Positions 39,522-48,756 of a stretch of DNA of 64,000 bases are shown piece by piece. Position 1 is the first letter of the stretch, and each line of letters opens with the position of its first letter. Source of the stretch: an uncultured Gammaproteobacteria bacterium (GTDB lineage: Bacteria > Pseudomonadota > Gammaproteobacteria > Magnimaribacterales > TMED112). The notes below the pieces were generated by a model, which saw only the letters and a program-made list of their open reading frames with translations, was not told the DNA's origin and did no database searches. The stretch is from the NCBI GenBank assembly GCA_964575305.1, contig CAZNPG010000004.1, forward strand, positions 5,647 to 69,646, written 5' to 3'. The position numbers were made by a program, and so were the translations under genes.

Positions 39522-40265
39522 ATGAAGCTAAGCATTAATTTAAACAAGATAGCCTTATTGAGGAATTCTAGAGGCTCAAATAATCCTGATATAAAAGAAT
39601 TTGCAATAACTGCTTTAGAAGAGAATATTCTGGGACTTACGGTACACCCAAGACCAGATAATAGGCATATTACATATGATGATCTTAAACGCATTAAAAT
39701 ATTAACTAGTGAATACAATAAAGAATTTAATATTGAAGGTAATCCAGTAGAAGCTCCATCATCTAGATACAAAGGTTATATACAGTTAATTGAAGAATTT
39801 AAACCAACCCAAGCAACCTTGGTACCAGATGCAACAAACCAACTAACTTCTGATCATGGTTGGGAAATACAAGACCTTAATACAGCTAACTATATTGAGA
39901 ATATTAAGAAAAATTGTACTAGATGTAGTGTATTTATTAATGCAGGAACAAATCTTAATGAGTTAAGTAATAATGCAATTGATGCAATAGAAATTTACAC
40001 AGGCCCATTTGCAGATGCTGTAAAACAAAAAAATTCTAAATTAATTGATAATGAATTATCAAAAATTGTTTTTACCTCTGAAATTGCAAAACAAAGAAAT
40101 ATGCGAGTAAATGCAGGACATGATTTAGATCTAATTAACCTTCCACTTTTAATAGATCTCAATTTAATTGATGAAGTATCTATTGGTCATGCTATTATTT
40201 CAGAATCCTTAAATAAGGGTTTTAAAAAAACAATTAGTGAATATATAAAACTTATACATGGATAA
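39522..40265 (+). CDS. pdxJ: Pyridoxine 5'-phosphate synthase
   Basis: LSINLNKIALLRN, TVHPRPD, NIEG, EIYTG, NAGHDL, EVSIGH. Confidence 0.92.
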   Translation: MKLSINLNKIALLRNSRGSNNPDIKEFAITALEENILGLTVHPRPDNRHITYDDLKRIKILTSEYNKEFNIEGNPVEAPSSRYKGYIQLIEEFKPTQATLVPDATNQLTSDHGWEIQDLNTANYIENIKKNCTRCSVFINAGTNLNELSNNAIDAIEIYTGPFADAVKQKNSKLIDNELSKIVFTSEIAKQRNMRVNAGHDLDLINLPLLIDLNLIDEVSIGHAIISESLNKGFKKTISEYIKLIHG

Positions 40266-40563
40266 AGTAATTAAAGATATCAAAGATCAAATCTCAGACA
40301 ATAAAGTTCTTCTTTTTATGAAGGGATCGCCTTATCAACCTCAATGTGGATTTTCATCAAAAGTAGCTCAAATACTTTTTAGCTATGATATAGAGTTTAG
40401 TTATATAGATGTACTAGAATTTCCTGAAGTGAGAGCTAATCTACCTAAAATATCTGATTGGCCAACTTTTCCTCAACTATTTGTTGACGGAGAACTTGTA
40501 GGTGGTTGCGATATAATTACAGAGATGCACGAAAGTGATGATCTTTCTTCGGTACTAAGCTGA
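40258..40563 (+). CDS. grxD: Monothiol glutaredoxin Grx4
   Basis: FMKG, PQCGFS, WPTFPQL, GGCDI. Confidence 0.95.
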   Translation: MDKVIKDIKDQISDNKVLLFMKGSPYQPQCGFSSKVAQILFSYDIEFSYIDVLEFPEVRANLPKISDWPTFPQLFVDGELVGGCDIITEMHESDDLSSVLS

Positions 40564-41028
40564 AGTAATAAGCGTCTGTAAGAAATTCTCTTTTCCAACT
40601 TTATCTAGTAAATCAAGCTGAGTTTCAAGATGATCTACATGCTCTTCTTCACTCTCTAAAATCTTATGTAAAAGATCTCTAGAGACAAAGTCATTTACCT
40701 TTTCGCAAGCTAAGATTGCCTTTCTTAAATCTGGTATAGCTTCATTTTCAAGTTTTAAATCATTATGAAGTATCTCTATTGGTTCTTTTGCAATATATAC
40801 ATTTCCAAGATATCGCATATTAGGCAAACCTTCTAAAAATAAAATTCTTTGAATCAAGACATCTGCATGTTTCATTTCATCCATTGATTCTGTGTACTCA
40901 TATTGAGCAAATTTATCTAAACCCCAATCAGATAGCATTCTTGAGTGAAGAAAATATTGGTTAATTGCTCTTAGTTCGTTAGACAGAATTTTATTGAGTT
41001 GTTCGATGACTTTATCGTTACCTTGCAT
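40555..41028 (-). CDS. bfr: Bacterioferritin
   Basis: EL-AINQYFLH, ESMDEMKHAD (heme Met), EEEHVD. Confidence 0.96.
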   Translation of the reverse strand: MQGNDKVIEQLNKILSNELRAINQYFLHSRMLSDWGLDKFAQYEYTESMDEMKHADVLIQRILFLEGLPNMRYLGNVYIAKEPIEILHNDLKLENEAIPDLRKAILACEKVNDFVSRDLLHKILESEEEHVDHLETQLDLLDKVGKENFLQTLITSA

Positions 41029-41079
41029 GAGTAATTTATATGTTCTTTGGCACTAAAAATCAAGAAAAATTAGCATTTT

Positions 41080-41098
41080 GCTAATGATTCTCATTTAG
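41080..41098. promoter_or_regulatory. Fur-like box about 60 bp upstream of the bfr start
   Basis: GCTAATGATTCTCATTTAG, 13/19 to GATAATGATAATCATTATC; 17 nt identical to the site at 61073. Confidence 0.7.
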
Positions 41099-41121
41099 AA
41101 ATTGAATTGATTATTATTTAG

Positions 41122-42150
41122 TTATTTTTTTTCTGAAAAACCAAGTTTCTCATGAATTTGTGTGCTTGAAGTAGTGTAGCCAAAAGGAACTCTTTCACCG
41201 GGATATACGCGTTGAAATGCTTTCTGAACAGCAAGTGTTGTCTCATGAAAACCTGAGAGAATTAAATTAAGTTTCCCGGGATATGTATTTATATCACCAA
41301 CAGCAAAAATACCATCTTTATCTGTTTGAAAATTTTCAGTATTAACTTTGATTTTGCTACCAGATAATTCTAGGTTCCAATCATTTATAGGTCCAAGTTT
41401 TTTATTTAAACCATAAAAAAATAAGATGTAATCTGATTTAATTGTTAGATCTTCTTTTGTTGCAGAATTAAAAATTTTAATTTCTTCAATATTATCATCG
41501 CCTTTAATATCTTTAATTATATAAGGCGTTAGAAGATTAATTTTACCTTTCTCATGTAAATTCCTGACTGCTACTTCAGTATCAGGAGCACCTCTAAATG
41601 CATCTCTTCTATGTATGAGTGATACATTGGCACCAATTTTTTCTAATTCTACTGTCCAATCTAAAGCACTATCACCACCGCCAAATATGACAACTTCCTT
41701 ATCTTTGAATAAGTTTTTATCTTTTATTGAATAAAATATTTTTTGTTCTTCTAGTGTTGAATAATCTGATTCCAGCTTGGGCTTTATTGGTTCAAAAGAA
41801 CCAGCTCCAGCTGCTATGAAAACATTAGTACACTCAATAACTGAGCCTTTATTTGTTGTAACTTCCCAGTAATTATTTTTTTCTTGCATGCTTTCAACAC
41901 GTTCATTAAGAATAAGGTCATAATCAAAAGGTTCTATCTGTTTAAGTAAAGCATCGACATGTTCTTGAGCTGTTTGATAAGGTACGCCTGGGATATCAAA
42001 TATAGGTTTATCTGGATACAGTTCTGCACATTGACCACCAGGTTTATCAAGATTATCAATTAATGTGCACTTCAAACCTAAAATACCAGCCTCAAATACA
42101 GTAAAAAGACCAACGGGCCCAGCACCTATAACCAATATATCTGTTTTCAT
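41122..42150 (-). CDS. Thioredoxin-reductase-like ferredoxin--NADP+ reductase (YumC type)
   Basis: GAGPVG, GGQC...[33 protein letters not shown]. Confidence 0.88.
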   Translation of the reverse strand: MKTDILVIGAGPVGLFTVFEAGILGLKCTLIDNLDKPGGQCAELYPDKPIFDIPGVPYQTAQEHVDALLKQIEPFDYDLILNERVESMQEKNNYWEVTTNKGSVIECTNVFIAAGAGSFEPIKPKLESDYSTLEEQKIFYSIKDKNLFKDKEVVIFGGGDSALDWTVELEKIGANVSLIHRRDAFRGAPDTEVAVRNLHEKGKINLLTPYIIKDIKGDDNIEEIKIFNSATKEDLTIKSDYILFFYGLNKKLGPINDWNLELSGSKIKVNTENFQTDKDGIFAVGDINTYPGKLNLILSGFHETTLAVQKAFQRVYPGERVPFGYTTSSTQIHEKLGFSEKK

Positions 42151-42479
42151 TTAACTCTCATACCTGGTTCTGCACCATTATCAGGAGAAACCATAAAAAC
42201 TTCTTCTCCACCTGGTCCTGCTGCTAAGATCATACCTTCCGAAAGCCCAAAACTCATTTGTCTTGGCTTTAGATTATTAACAAGTACTACTAGCTTATTT
42301 TCTAAATCTTCTAATTTGTATGCCTGCTTAATACCAGCAAAAACCGTTTTTTCTCCGAGTTCGCCTACATCCAATACTAATTTAATAAGCTTATTTGCTT
42401 CTGGAACTTCAACTGCATTTTTAACTCTGGCTATGCGCAGGTCAACTTTTGCAAAATCTTCAATATTTATTTCTTCCAT
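42147..42479 (-). CDS. Stand-alone tRNA-binding OB domain (MetRS C-terminal domain / Trbp111-like)
   Basis: [39 protein letters not shown]. Confidence 0.9.
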   Translation of the reverse strand: MEEINIEDFAKVDLRIARVKNAVEVPEANKLIKLVLDVGELGEKTVFAGIKQAYKLEDLENKLVVLVNNLKPRQMSFGLSEGMILAAGPGGEEVFMVSPDNGAEPGMRVK

Positions 42480-44084
42480 TTATTCTAGTATTCCGTTAAA
42501 TTCGGTTTTTTCAAGTCTTCTTATGAAGGGTTTAAATTTTTGCACTGACTTAATGTTATCTAAACCAAGATCTGAATAGTCTAATTTTTGTAAATTTAAC
42601 ATAGACAGTACTTCCGAAGTAATTTCTGGCATGAATGATTGTAATAAGATAGTTAAGTCCTTGAAAACATTTAAAGATTCTGAACAAACTATTAAACATT
42701 TTTCTTCTTCACCATTCTTTGCTTTATTCCAAGGTTCTTCTGTCGATACATATGCATTAACTTTATCTGCAAGCATCATTATATTTTTTAAAGCCTTTGA
42801 GTATTCTTTGGCATCAATTTGAGAAATAATTTCTTTGTATGTAGCACTAAATTCTTTAGATTTAGAAAGGCTATTAGCCACAATTTTAGAATCATTTAAT
42901 TTGACTAAAAAATTTTGTGTTCTACTGCCTATATTTATGTATTTACCAATTAGATCGCTATTAACCTTCTGGATAAAATCATCCAATGAAAAATCTATAT
43001 CAGAGATATCTGTATTTAATTTGGAAGATAGATAGTATCGATAGTAATCAGCAGGTGCATAATCTAATGCTTTGTCTGCTAAAATAAAATTACCTTTAGA
43101 TTTTGACATTTTCATGCCTTCTATAGTTAAGAAACCATGTACAAAAACTTCTTCTAAGCTTTCAACCTCAGCTGTTTTTAGCATTGCTGGCCAGAATAAC
43201 AGATGAAAATAGACTATATCTTTTCCAATAAAATGAATTAGTTTGGTATCTTTATTATTTATCAAGTCATCAAAATGAATATTAGATGACTCTGCCCAAT
43301 TTTTTATTGATGCTAGATAACCAACAGGTGCATCCATCCAAACATATATATATTTATTTTCTTCACCAGGAATATTGAAACCGAAATATGGTGCATCTCT
43401 TGATACATCCCAATCTCTTAGATCTTCATTTAACCATTCATTTAATTTTGCTTTAATTGGGTCTTGTTTTGATATTTTCTTAATATTCTTTTTAAGAAAT
43501 TCCGATAATTTATTCAGCTTAAAGAAATAATGTTCAGATTCTTTAATTATTGGTATTGTGTTAGATAAAACAGAAACAGGTTTAATCAAATCTAAAGCAT
43601 CATAGGTTGACCCACATTTTTCACAAGCATCACCGTATTGATCATCAGCACCACAGACTGGACATGAGCCTTTAACAAATCTATCTGCTAGAAATATATT
43701 CTCTTTTTCATCATATAATTGGGAAATATTTTTTTTGTATATGTAGCCTTTATCTTGAGCACTTTTAAAAATATCTGTTGAGAGCATCTTATTTTCTTCT
43801 GAATGTGTTGAATGAAAATTTGTGAGATTAATATTAAATTTTTTAAATGTATTCTCATGGTTGGTATGTAAATCATTGATAAGTTCTTCTGGTTCAATAC
43901 CCAAATCCTTTGCTTTAAGCATTATTGGTGTTCCATGAGTATCACTGGCACAAAAATATAATGCCTCATCTTCTGTAAGATTTTTGTGCCTAACCCATGC
44001 ATCGGTCTGAACAATTTCAAGAACATGTCCTAAATGTAAAGGAGCATTTGCATAGGGCAGGGCACTTGTAACTAAATACTTCAT
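42480..44084 (-). CDS. metG: Methionyl-tRNA synthetase without fused C-terminal domain
   Basis: LPYAN, HLGH, CPVC-x9-CEKC zinc knuckle, YVWMDA, KMSKS. Confidence 0.96.
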   Translation of the reverse strand: MKYLVTSALPYANAPLHLGHVLEIVQTDAWVRHKNLTEDEALYFCASDTHGTPIMLKAKDLGIEPEELINDLHTNHENTFKKFNINLTNFHSTHSEENKMLSTDIFKSAQDKGYIYKKNISQLYDEKENIFLADRFVKGSCPVCGADDQYGDACEKCGSTYDALDLIKPVSVLSNTIPIIKESEHYFFKLNKLSEFLKKNIKKISKQDPIKAKLNEWLNEDLRDWDVSRDAPYFGFNIPGEENKYIYVWMDAPVGYLASIKNWAESSNIHFDDLINNKDTKLIHFIGKDIVYFHLLFWPAMLKTAEVESLEEVFVHGFLTIEGMKMSKSKGNFILADKALDYAPADYYRYYLSSKLNTDISDIDFSLDDFIQKVNSDLIGKYINIGSRTQNFLVKLNDSKIVANSLSKSKEFSATYKEIISQIDAKEYSKALKNIMMLADKVNAYVSTEEPWNKAKNGEEEKCLIVCSESLNVFKDLTILLQSFMPEITSEVLSMLNLQKLDYSDLGLDNIKSVQKFKPFIRRLEKTEFNGILE

Positions 44085-44101
44085 GTTTGTTTTGAAATTA
44101 T

Positions 44102-44818
44102 ATGTTAACTTTTGAATCTATGGAAAAAATAGCTATAGCTTCAGGAAAAGGTGGTGTGGGTAAAACCTCAATTACATTGATGCTTGCAAAATATTTGAAT
44201 GATAAAGGATATAAAGTTGGATTGCTGGACGCTGATATTTATGGCCCAAACCTTACAGAATTATTCTCGGAAAATACACAAAATATTAAGATCAAACATG
44301 ACCCAAATGACAATAAATTTGAACCTGTAAAATTATCAGGCTTAGTAATAAATTCAATTAGTTTTGTTATAGATCATGACAAAGCAGCAATTTGGAGAGG
44401 GCCTGTTTTAAGCAAAGCCATTAAGCAATTATATTTAAATACCAATTGGGGCGATTTGGATTATCTTCTGATTGATATGCCTCCTGGTACAGGAGATGCT
44501 TATTTAACTATCTTAAATGACCTCGACATCAATAAAGCTTGCTTAATAGCTGTAGAAGATGATTTATGTATCTCTGATCTAAAGAGGACACAAGCTCTTA
44601 TGAAAAAATTTAATGTAACAATATTAGGATTAATAGAGAATATGTCAGAAAATTTTGATGACAACGGCAATGTTATAGAAAGTGATAGAATTAAAGCTGA
44701 ATTAAGAGAAAATATTTTATTCTCGTTACCAAGAATCAAACGATCAGATTTTTATAAAGAGGTAAAACAGATAAATAAGTTAAAAAAATATTTTCCCGAG
44801 AATCTATTAGAAAGATGA
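44102..44818 (+). CDS. apbC: Mrp/ApbC family P-loop ATPase, degenerate (start may be 44120)
   Basis: SGKGGVGKT, DADIYGP, WRGP, WGDLDYLLIDMPPGTGD, ENMS; divergent from metG. Confidence 0.8.
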   Translation: MLTFESMEKIAIASGKGGVGKTSITLMLAKYLNDKGYKVGLLDADIYGPNLTELFSENTQNIKIKHDPNDNKFEPVKLSGLVINSISFVIDHDKAAIWRGPVLSKAIKQLYLNTNWGDLDYLLIDMPPGTGDAYLTILNDLDINKACLIAVEDDLCISDLKRTQALMKKFNVTILGLIENMSENFDDNGNVIESDRIKAELRENILFSLPRIKRSDFYKEVKQINKLKKYFPENLLER

Positions 44819-45534
44819 AAAAGATTACTTTATTTTTACTACTAGCATCCTTAATTGGTGCTGAAGAAGTTCAAGAAGATATTGAAATAGATCCATTTGA
44901 AAAAATGAATAGGGTTGTTTTTAATATTTCAGATTCAATCGATCAAAATTTTCTTCGTCCAACAGCAGAGATTTATAGTGAATATACACCTTTATTTGTG
45001 AAAGATTCGGTCACTAACTTTTTTCATAATATTACAGAAATAGACACTGTTATTAATCAATTACTTCAAGGTAAACCTAAGTTAGCCGCCCAGGACACAC
45101 TGAGATTTCTAATAAACACTACTATTGGTGTTGGCGGAATTTTTGATGTTGCTTCCAGGATGGGGCTTGAAAGACATGATGAAGATTTTGGACAAACTTT
45201 GGGTTATTGGGGAATATCTTCAGGTCCATATGTATTTATACCATTTGTAGGACCCTCTACAGTAAGAGATGTATTTGGTATTCCGCTGAGTTGGTATGTT
45301 TCAGGATCATTTGCCATAGAAGAAGATAGAACAAAAATTATTTTTTCATTTTTAGATGTAGTAGAAACAAGAGAAAGAATCTTAGCAGCTGAGAATTTAA
45401 TTGTAGGCGATAAGTATGAATTCACTAAAGATGTATTTCTGCAGTCTAGAGAGCATTCTGTGAAAGATGGAGAAGTAGAAGATGAATTTCTTAGTGAATT
45501 TGAAGATGAGCTTTTTGATCTAGATCTGCCTTAA
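44815..45534 (+). CDS. mlaA: MlaA/VacJ family protein without lipobox Cys
   Basis: DPFEKMNR, RFLINTTIG, EDFGQTLGYWG, GPSTVRD. Confidence 0.88.
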   Translation: MKKITLFLLLASLIGAEEVQEDIEIDPFEKMNRVVFNISDSIDQNFLRPTAEIYSEYTPLFVKDSVTNFFHNITEIDTVINQLLQGKPKLAAQDTLRFLINTTIGVGGIFDVASRMGLERHDEDFGQTLGYWGISSGPYVFIPFVGPSTVRDVFGIPLSWYVSGSFAIEEDRTKIIFSFLDVVETRERILAAENLIVGDKYEFTKDVFLQSREHSVKDGEVEDEFLSEFEDELFDLDLP

Positions 45535-46477
45535 ACCCACTAAATATTTCTTCTAATTCTATTGATCCATCTCTAACATTTTCTAATAACTGTCTTCTCA
45601 TGTCTTTGGTGTGCGATATTCTTCTTACTATCTGAACTAAATGTGTGATAGCTCTATTAACATCTTTTTTATTTTCTAGATCTAAAATATAGGACATATA
45701 GTTTTGCATGCCTGACGTGAAATCTAATTTAGTATCGTCTTGATAAATCTCTTGATCGATTTGCAATAAAAATGCTGGGTCAGAATAAATTTTTCGACCA
45801 AGCATTACTCCATCAACGTTATTTAAAAGTTTTTTAACTTCGGATACTTCTTCAATACCACCATTAATGATGATATTAAGATCAGGGAACAATTCCTTCA
45901 TTTTAAATACAAGATCATAATTCAAGGGTGGGATGGATCTATTTCTCTTAGTATCTAGTCCACTTATGGCTTTTCGTGCATGTATTACAAATGTACTAAT
46001 TTCATAATCAGATATAGTGGAAATAAAATTTTTAAGATATTCCTCACCTTCAAAATCATCAACACCTATCCGACATTTAATTGAAAACGGCACATCTATA
46101 CTTTTTTTTACTTCATTTACACATTTGCTAAGTAATTCAACATTCTTCATGAGAAAAACACCAAAGTTACCTGATTTAACTTTTTTAGAAGGGCAGCCTA
46201 CATTTAGATTAATCTCGTCGTATCCATATTCTTGGCCTATGATAGCTGCTTCTGCTAGAGATTTTGGATCAGAACCACCTAATTGAAGACCTACAGGATG
46301 TTCACATTCATCAAAACTTAATAACCTATCAACATTCCCTTTTAATATCGCATTAGCATGAATCATCTCTGTGTACAGCATCGATCGTTTTGTAAATTGC
46401 CTTGTTAAAAACCTAAAATGCTTATCAGTTTTTTTCATCATCGGGGCGATGCAAAATTTATGAGAATTTGAAATCAT
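45491..46477 (-). CDS. dusA: tRNA-dihydrouridine synthase A
   Basis: IAPMM, QLGGSDP, NLNVGCPS, KCRIG, HARKA; start moved to ATG 46477 (ATGA overlap with nhaB). Confidence 0.9.
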   Translation of the reverse strand: MISNSHKFCIAPMMKKTDKHFRFLTRQFTKRSMLYTEMIHANAILKGNVDRLLSFDECEHPVGLQLGGSDPKSLAEAAIIGQEYGYDEINLNVGCPSKKVKSGNFGVFLMKNVELLSKCVNEVKKSIDVPFSIKCRIGVDDFEGEEYLKNFISTISDYEISTFVIHARKAISGLDTKRNRSIPPLNYDLVFKMKELFPDLNIIINGGIEEVSEVKKLLNNVDGVMLGRKIYSDPAFLLQIDQEIYQDDTKLDFTSGMQNYMSYILDLENKKDVNRAITHLVQIVRRISHTKDMRRQLLENVRDGSIELEEIFSGFKADLDQKAHLQIH

Positions 46478-47928
46478 ATGTAGTAGATAACACAAGCTAG
46501 ACCAACACTTGTCAGAACAATCGTATAGGGCAGGGCTTTATATACCATCCTCATGTATGACAATCCGATCAAGGGCGCTAATGATGATGTTAGTAAGAAA
46601 AGAAATGCAGCTTGGCCATTTGGAGTAGCAACACTAGGTAGATTTGTTCCTGTGTTAATGGCTACAGCCAATCTATCAAATTGTTCTCGTGTAATAACAT
46701 TATTCTCTAGAGCTTGGACTATTTCATTCATATAAACTGTAGCTACAAAAACATTATCACTGATAGCTGAAAGAACACCATTTGCCAAATAAAAAAGTGG
46801 TACTTGAGCATTTTCTGATGTAGCTAAAACCATATCTATTACAGGAGTAAATAATTGTTGATCACTTATAACAGCAACGACAACAAAAAATATTACAAGT
46901 AATGCTGTAAATGGTAGTGATTCCTTAAATGCACCTCCTAACTGATGTTCTTCAGTAATACCTTTAAATGCCGTTAGGAAAACCATTAGAAATAGACCTA
47001 TTACACCAACAGGTGCCAGATGAAAGCCTAAAGCTAAAATTAAGCAAATACCAAATATAGCTTCAATAACTAAATGCAGTCTATCGGTATTTGATCTTTC
47101 AGCTTCTGCTTTTTCAGCTTGCGAGATAATTTTACTTCTTAGAGTATCTGATAACTCATAACCATAGTTAAAAACTTTGAACCTTTCAATTAACACGCAA
47201 CAAAATAAACCTGAGATTAATACTGGAATTGTTACAGGTGCCATTCGATAGAAAAACTCCATAAATTCCCAGCCTGCTTTATCTGCAATCAAAAGATTTT
47301 GAGGTTCTCCAACAATTGTGCAAACACCTCCTAGTGCCGTTCCAACAGCACCATGCATCATAATATCTGCTAGAAATGATTTTCCTTGATCAAATTCACC
47401 TTCATCTATTTCTTTGTTTTTGTAACTTTTTTCAAATACATGATAAAAACCAATAGTTACTGTAATTAGTACAGCTGTTACAGTTAGCGCATCAAGAAAA
47501 GCAGATAAGAAAGCTGCAGAGATAACAAAAAGTAAAGATAAAAGAATTTTAGATTGAATTGCTTGTAATAATTTAGTGAAGATTACCATAAGTAAATTCT
47601 TCATAAAGAAGATAGCAGAAACCATAAATACTAAAAGCAAGATTACTTCTAAGTTTGTTTCTATTTCATACAGCACATGCTTAGGATCGGTTAGACCTAA
47701 CAATAAAGCCTGAAATGCTATTAGACCACCTGGCTGAAGGGGATAACATTGAATAGAAAAAACAAGTGTAAAGATGAATTGAAGCAGTACAATCCAACCA
47801 AGTACAAAACCACTATCTACTCCTAAGGAAAAAAATAAAATTGGGTTTAAAATTAGAAACGCGATGATACTCGTTTTATACCAAACGGGAGCAGCACCTA
47901 AGAAACTTTTAAATATTGTGTTTAACAC
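46474..47928 (-). CDS. nhaB: Na+/H+ antiporter NhaB
   Basis: FLGAAPVWYK, YPLQPGGL, GEPQN, AISDNVFV, TPNGQAAFLFLLTS. Confidence 0.94.
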   Translation of the reverse strand: MLNTIFKSFLGAAPVWYKTSIIAFLILNPILFFSLGVDSGFVLGWIVLLQFIFTLVFSIQCYPLQPGGLIAFQALLLGLTDPKHVLYEIETNLEVILLLVFMVSAIFFMKNLLMVIFTKLLQAIQSKILLSLLFVISAAFLSAFLDALTVTAVLITVTIGFYHVFEKSYKNKEIDEGEFDQGKSFLADIMMHGAVGTALGGVCTIVGEPQNLLIADKAGWEFMEFFYRMAPVTIPVLISGLFCCVLIERFKVFNYGYELSDTLRSKIISQAEKAEAERSNTDRLHLVIEAIFGICLILALGFHLAPVGVIGLFLMVFLTAFKGITEEHQLGGAFKESLPFTALLVIFFVVVAVISDQQLFTPVIDMVLATSENAQVPLFYLANGVLSAISDNVFVATVYMNEIVQALENNVITREQFDRLAVAINTGTNLPSVATPNGQAAFLFLLTSSLAPLIGLSYMRMVYKALPYTIVLTSVGLACVIYYI

Positions 47929-47958
47929 TTCTCTTATAAAAGTTTACATTATACAGAC

Positions 47959-48756
47959 ATGAAAAAATTAACGTCTAGTTTTTCAACAAAACAAACACCC
48001 AAATCTGATGATTTAATAGTTAGTATTAATTCAAAAAAAGAAATTCTGTTCAACACGAAAGAACATACTTTTATGCATTTAAATGCATTACATAAAGAAT
48101 CTCAAAATTTTAAGATTTTTCAATTAGGGGATAAATCGGTTTTTCTAACTAATGAATTAAGCTCGAATGATCCAGATTTAATTTATCTTAGTAAAAAACA
48201 CATGTATCCGTATCTTACCGATGATTCCTTAACTTTGATTTCCAGATCTTTTCAGATCTACGATTGGATTTTTAAACAAAATTATTGTTCAAGAACAGGA
48301 AATAAGCTCACAGAAGTCCGAGATGATTTATCAAAATTCTGTGACAGTTGTTCTAGAGAGTATTTCCCAAAAATGTCACCTTGTATTCTGGTATGTGTAA
48401 AGAATAAAGGAAGAATACTTCTTGTTAGACATAACAGCGAAATTCGTACCCTCTCAACAGTGATTGCTGGTTTTGTGGAATTAGGAGAGACATTAGAAGA
48501 ATGTGTCGCACGAGAAGTAAAAGAAGAGGTAGGTCTTGATGTCACGAATATCACATATGTCTCAAGCCAATCATGGCCATTTCCAAATCAATTAATGATG
48601 GCATTTTCAGCAGATGCAATTGATGATCAATTAAATATTGATAATGATGAGCTTATAGAAGCAAACTGGTATTCAGGTAAAGAGCTCCCTAATATTCCAC
48701 CAGAACCATCATTATCAAATTTATTAATAAAACAGACTATTAACTCCCTGCTCTAG
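47959..48756 (+). CDS. nudC: NAD(H) diphosphatase NudC
   Basis: AGFVELGETLEECVAREVKEEVG Nudix box, SQSWPFP. Confidence 0.9.
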   Translation: MKKLTSSFSTKQTPKSDDLIVSINSKKEILFNTKEHTFMHLNALHKESQNFKIFQLGDKSVFLTNELSSNDPDLIYLSKKHMYPYLTDDSLTLISRSFQIYDWIFKQNYCSRTGNKLTEVRDDLSKFCDSCSREYFPKMSPCILVCVKNKGRILLVRHNSEIRTLSTVIAGFVELGETLEECVAREVKEEVGLDVTNITYVSSQSWPFPNQLMMAFSADAIDDQLNIDNDELIEANWYSGKELPNIPPEPSLSNLLIKQTINSLL

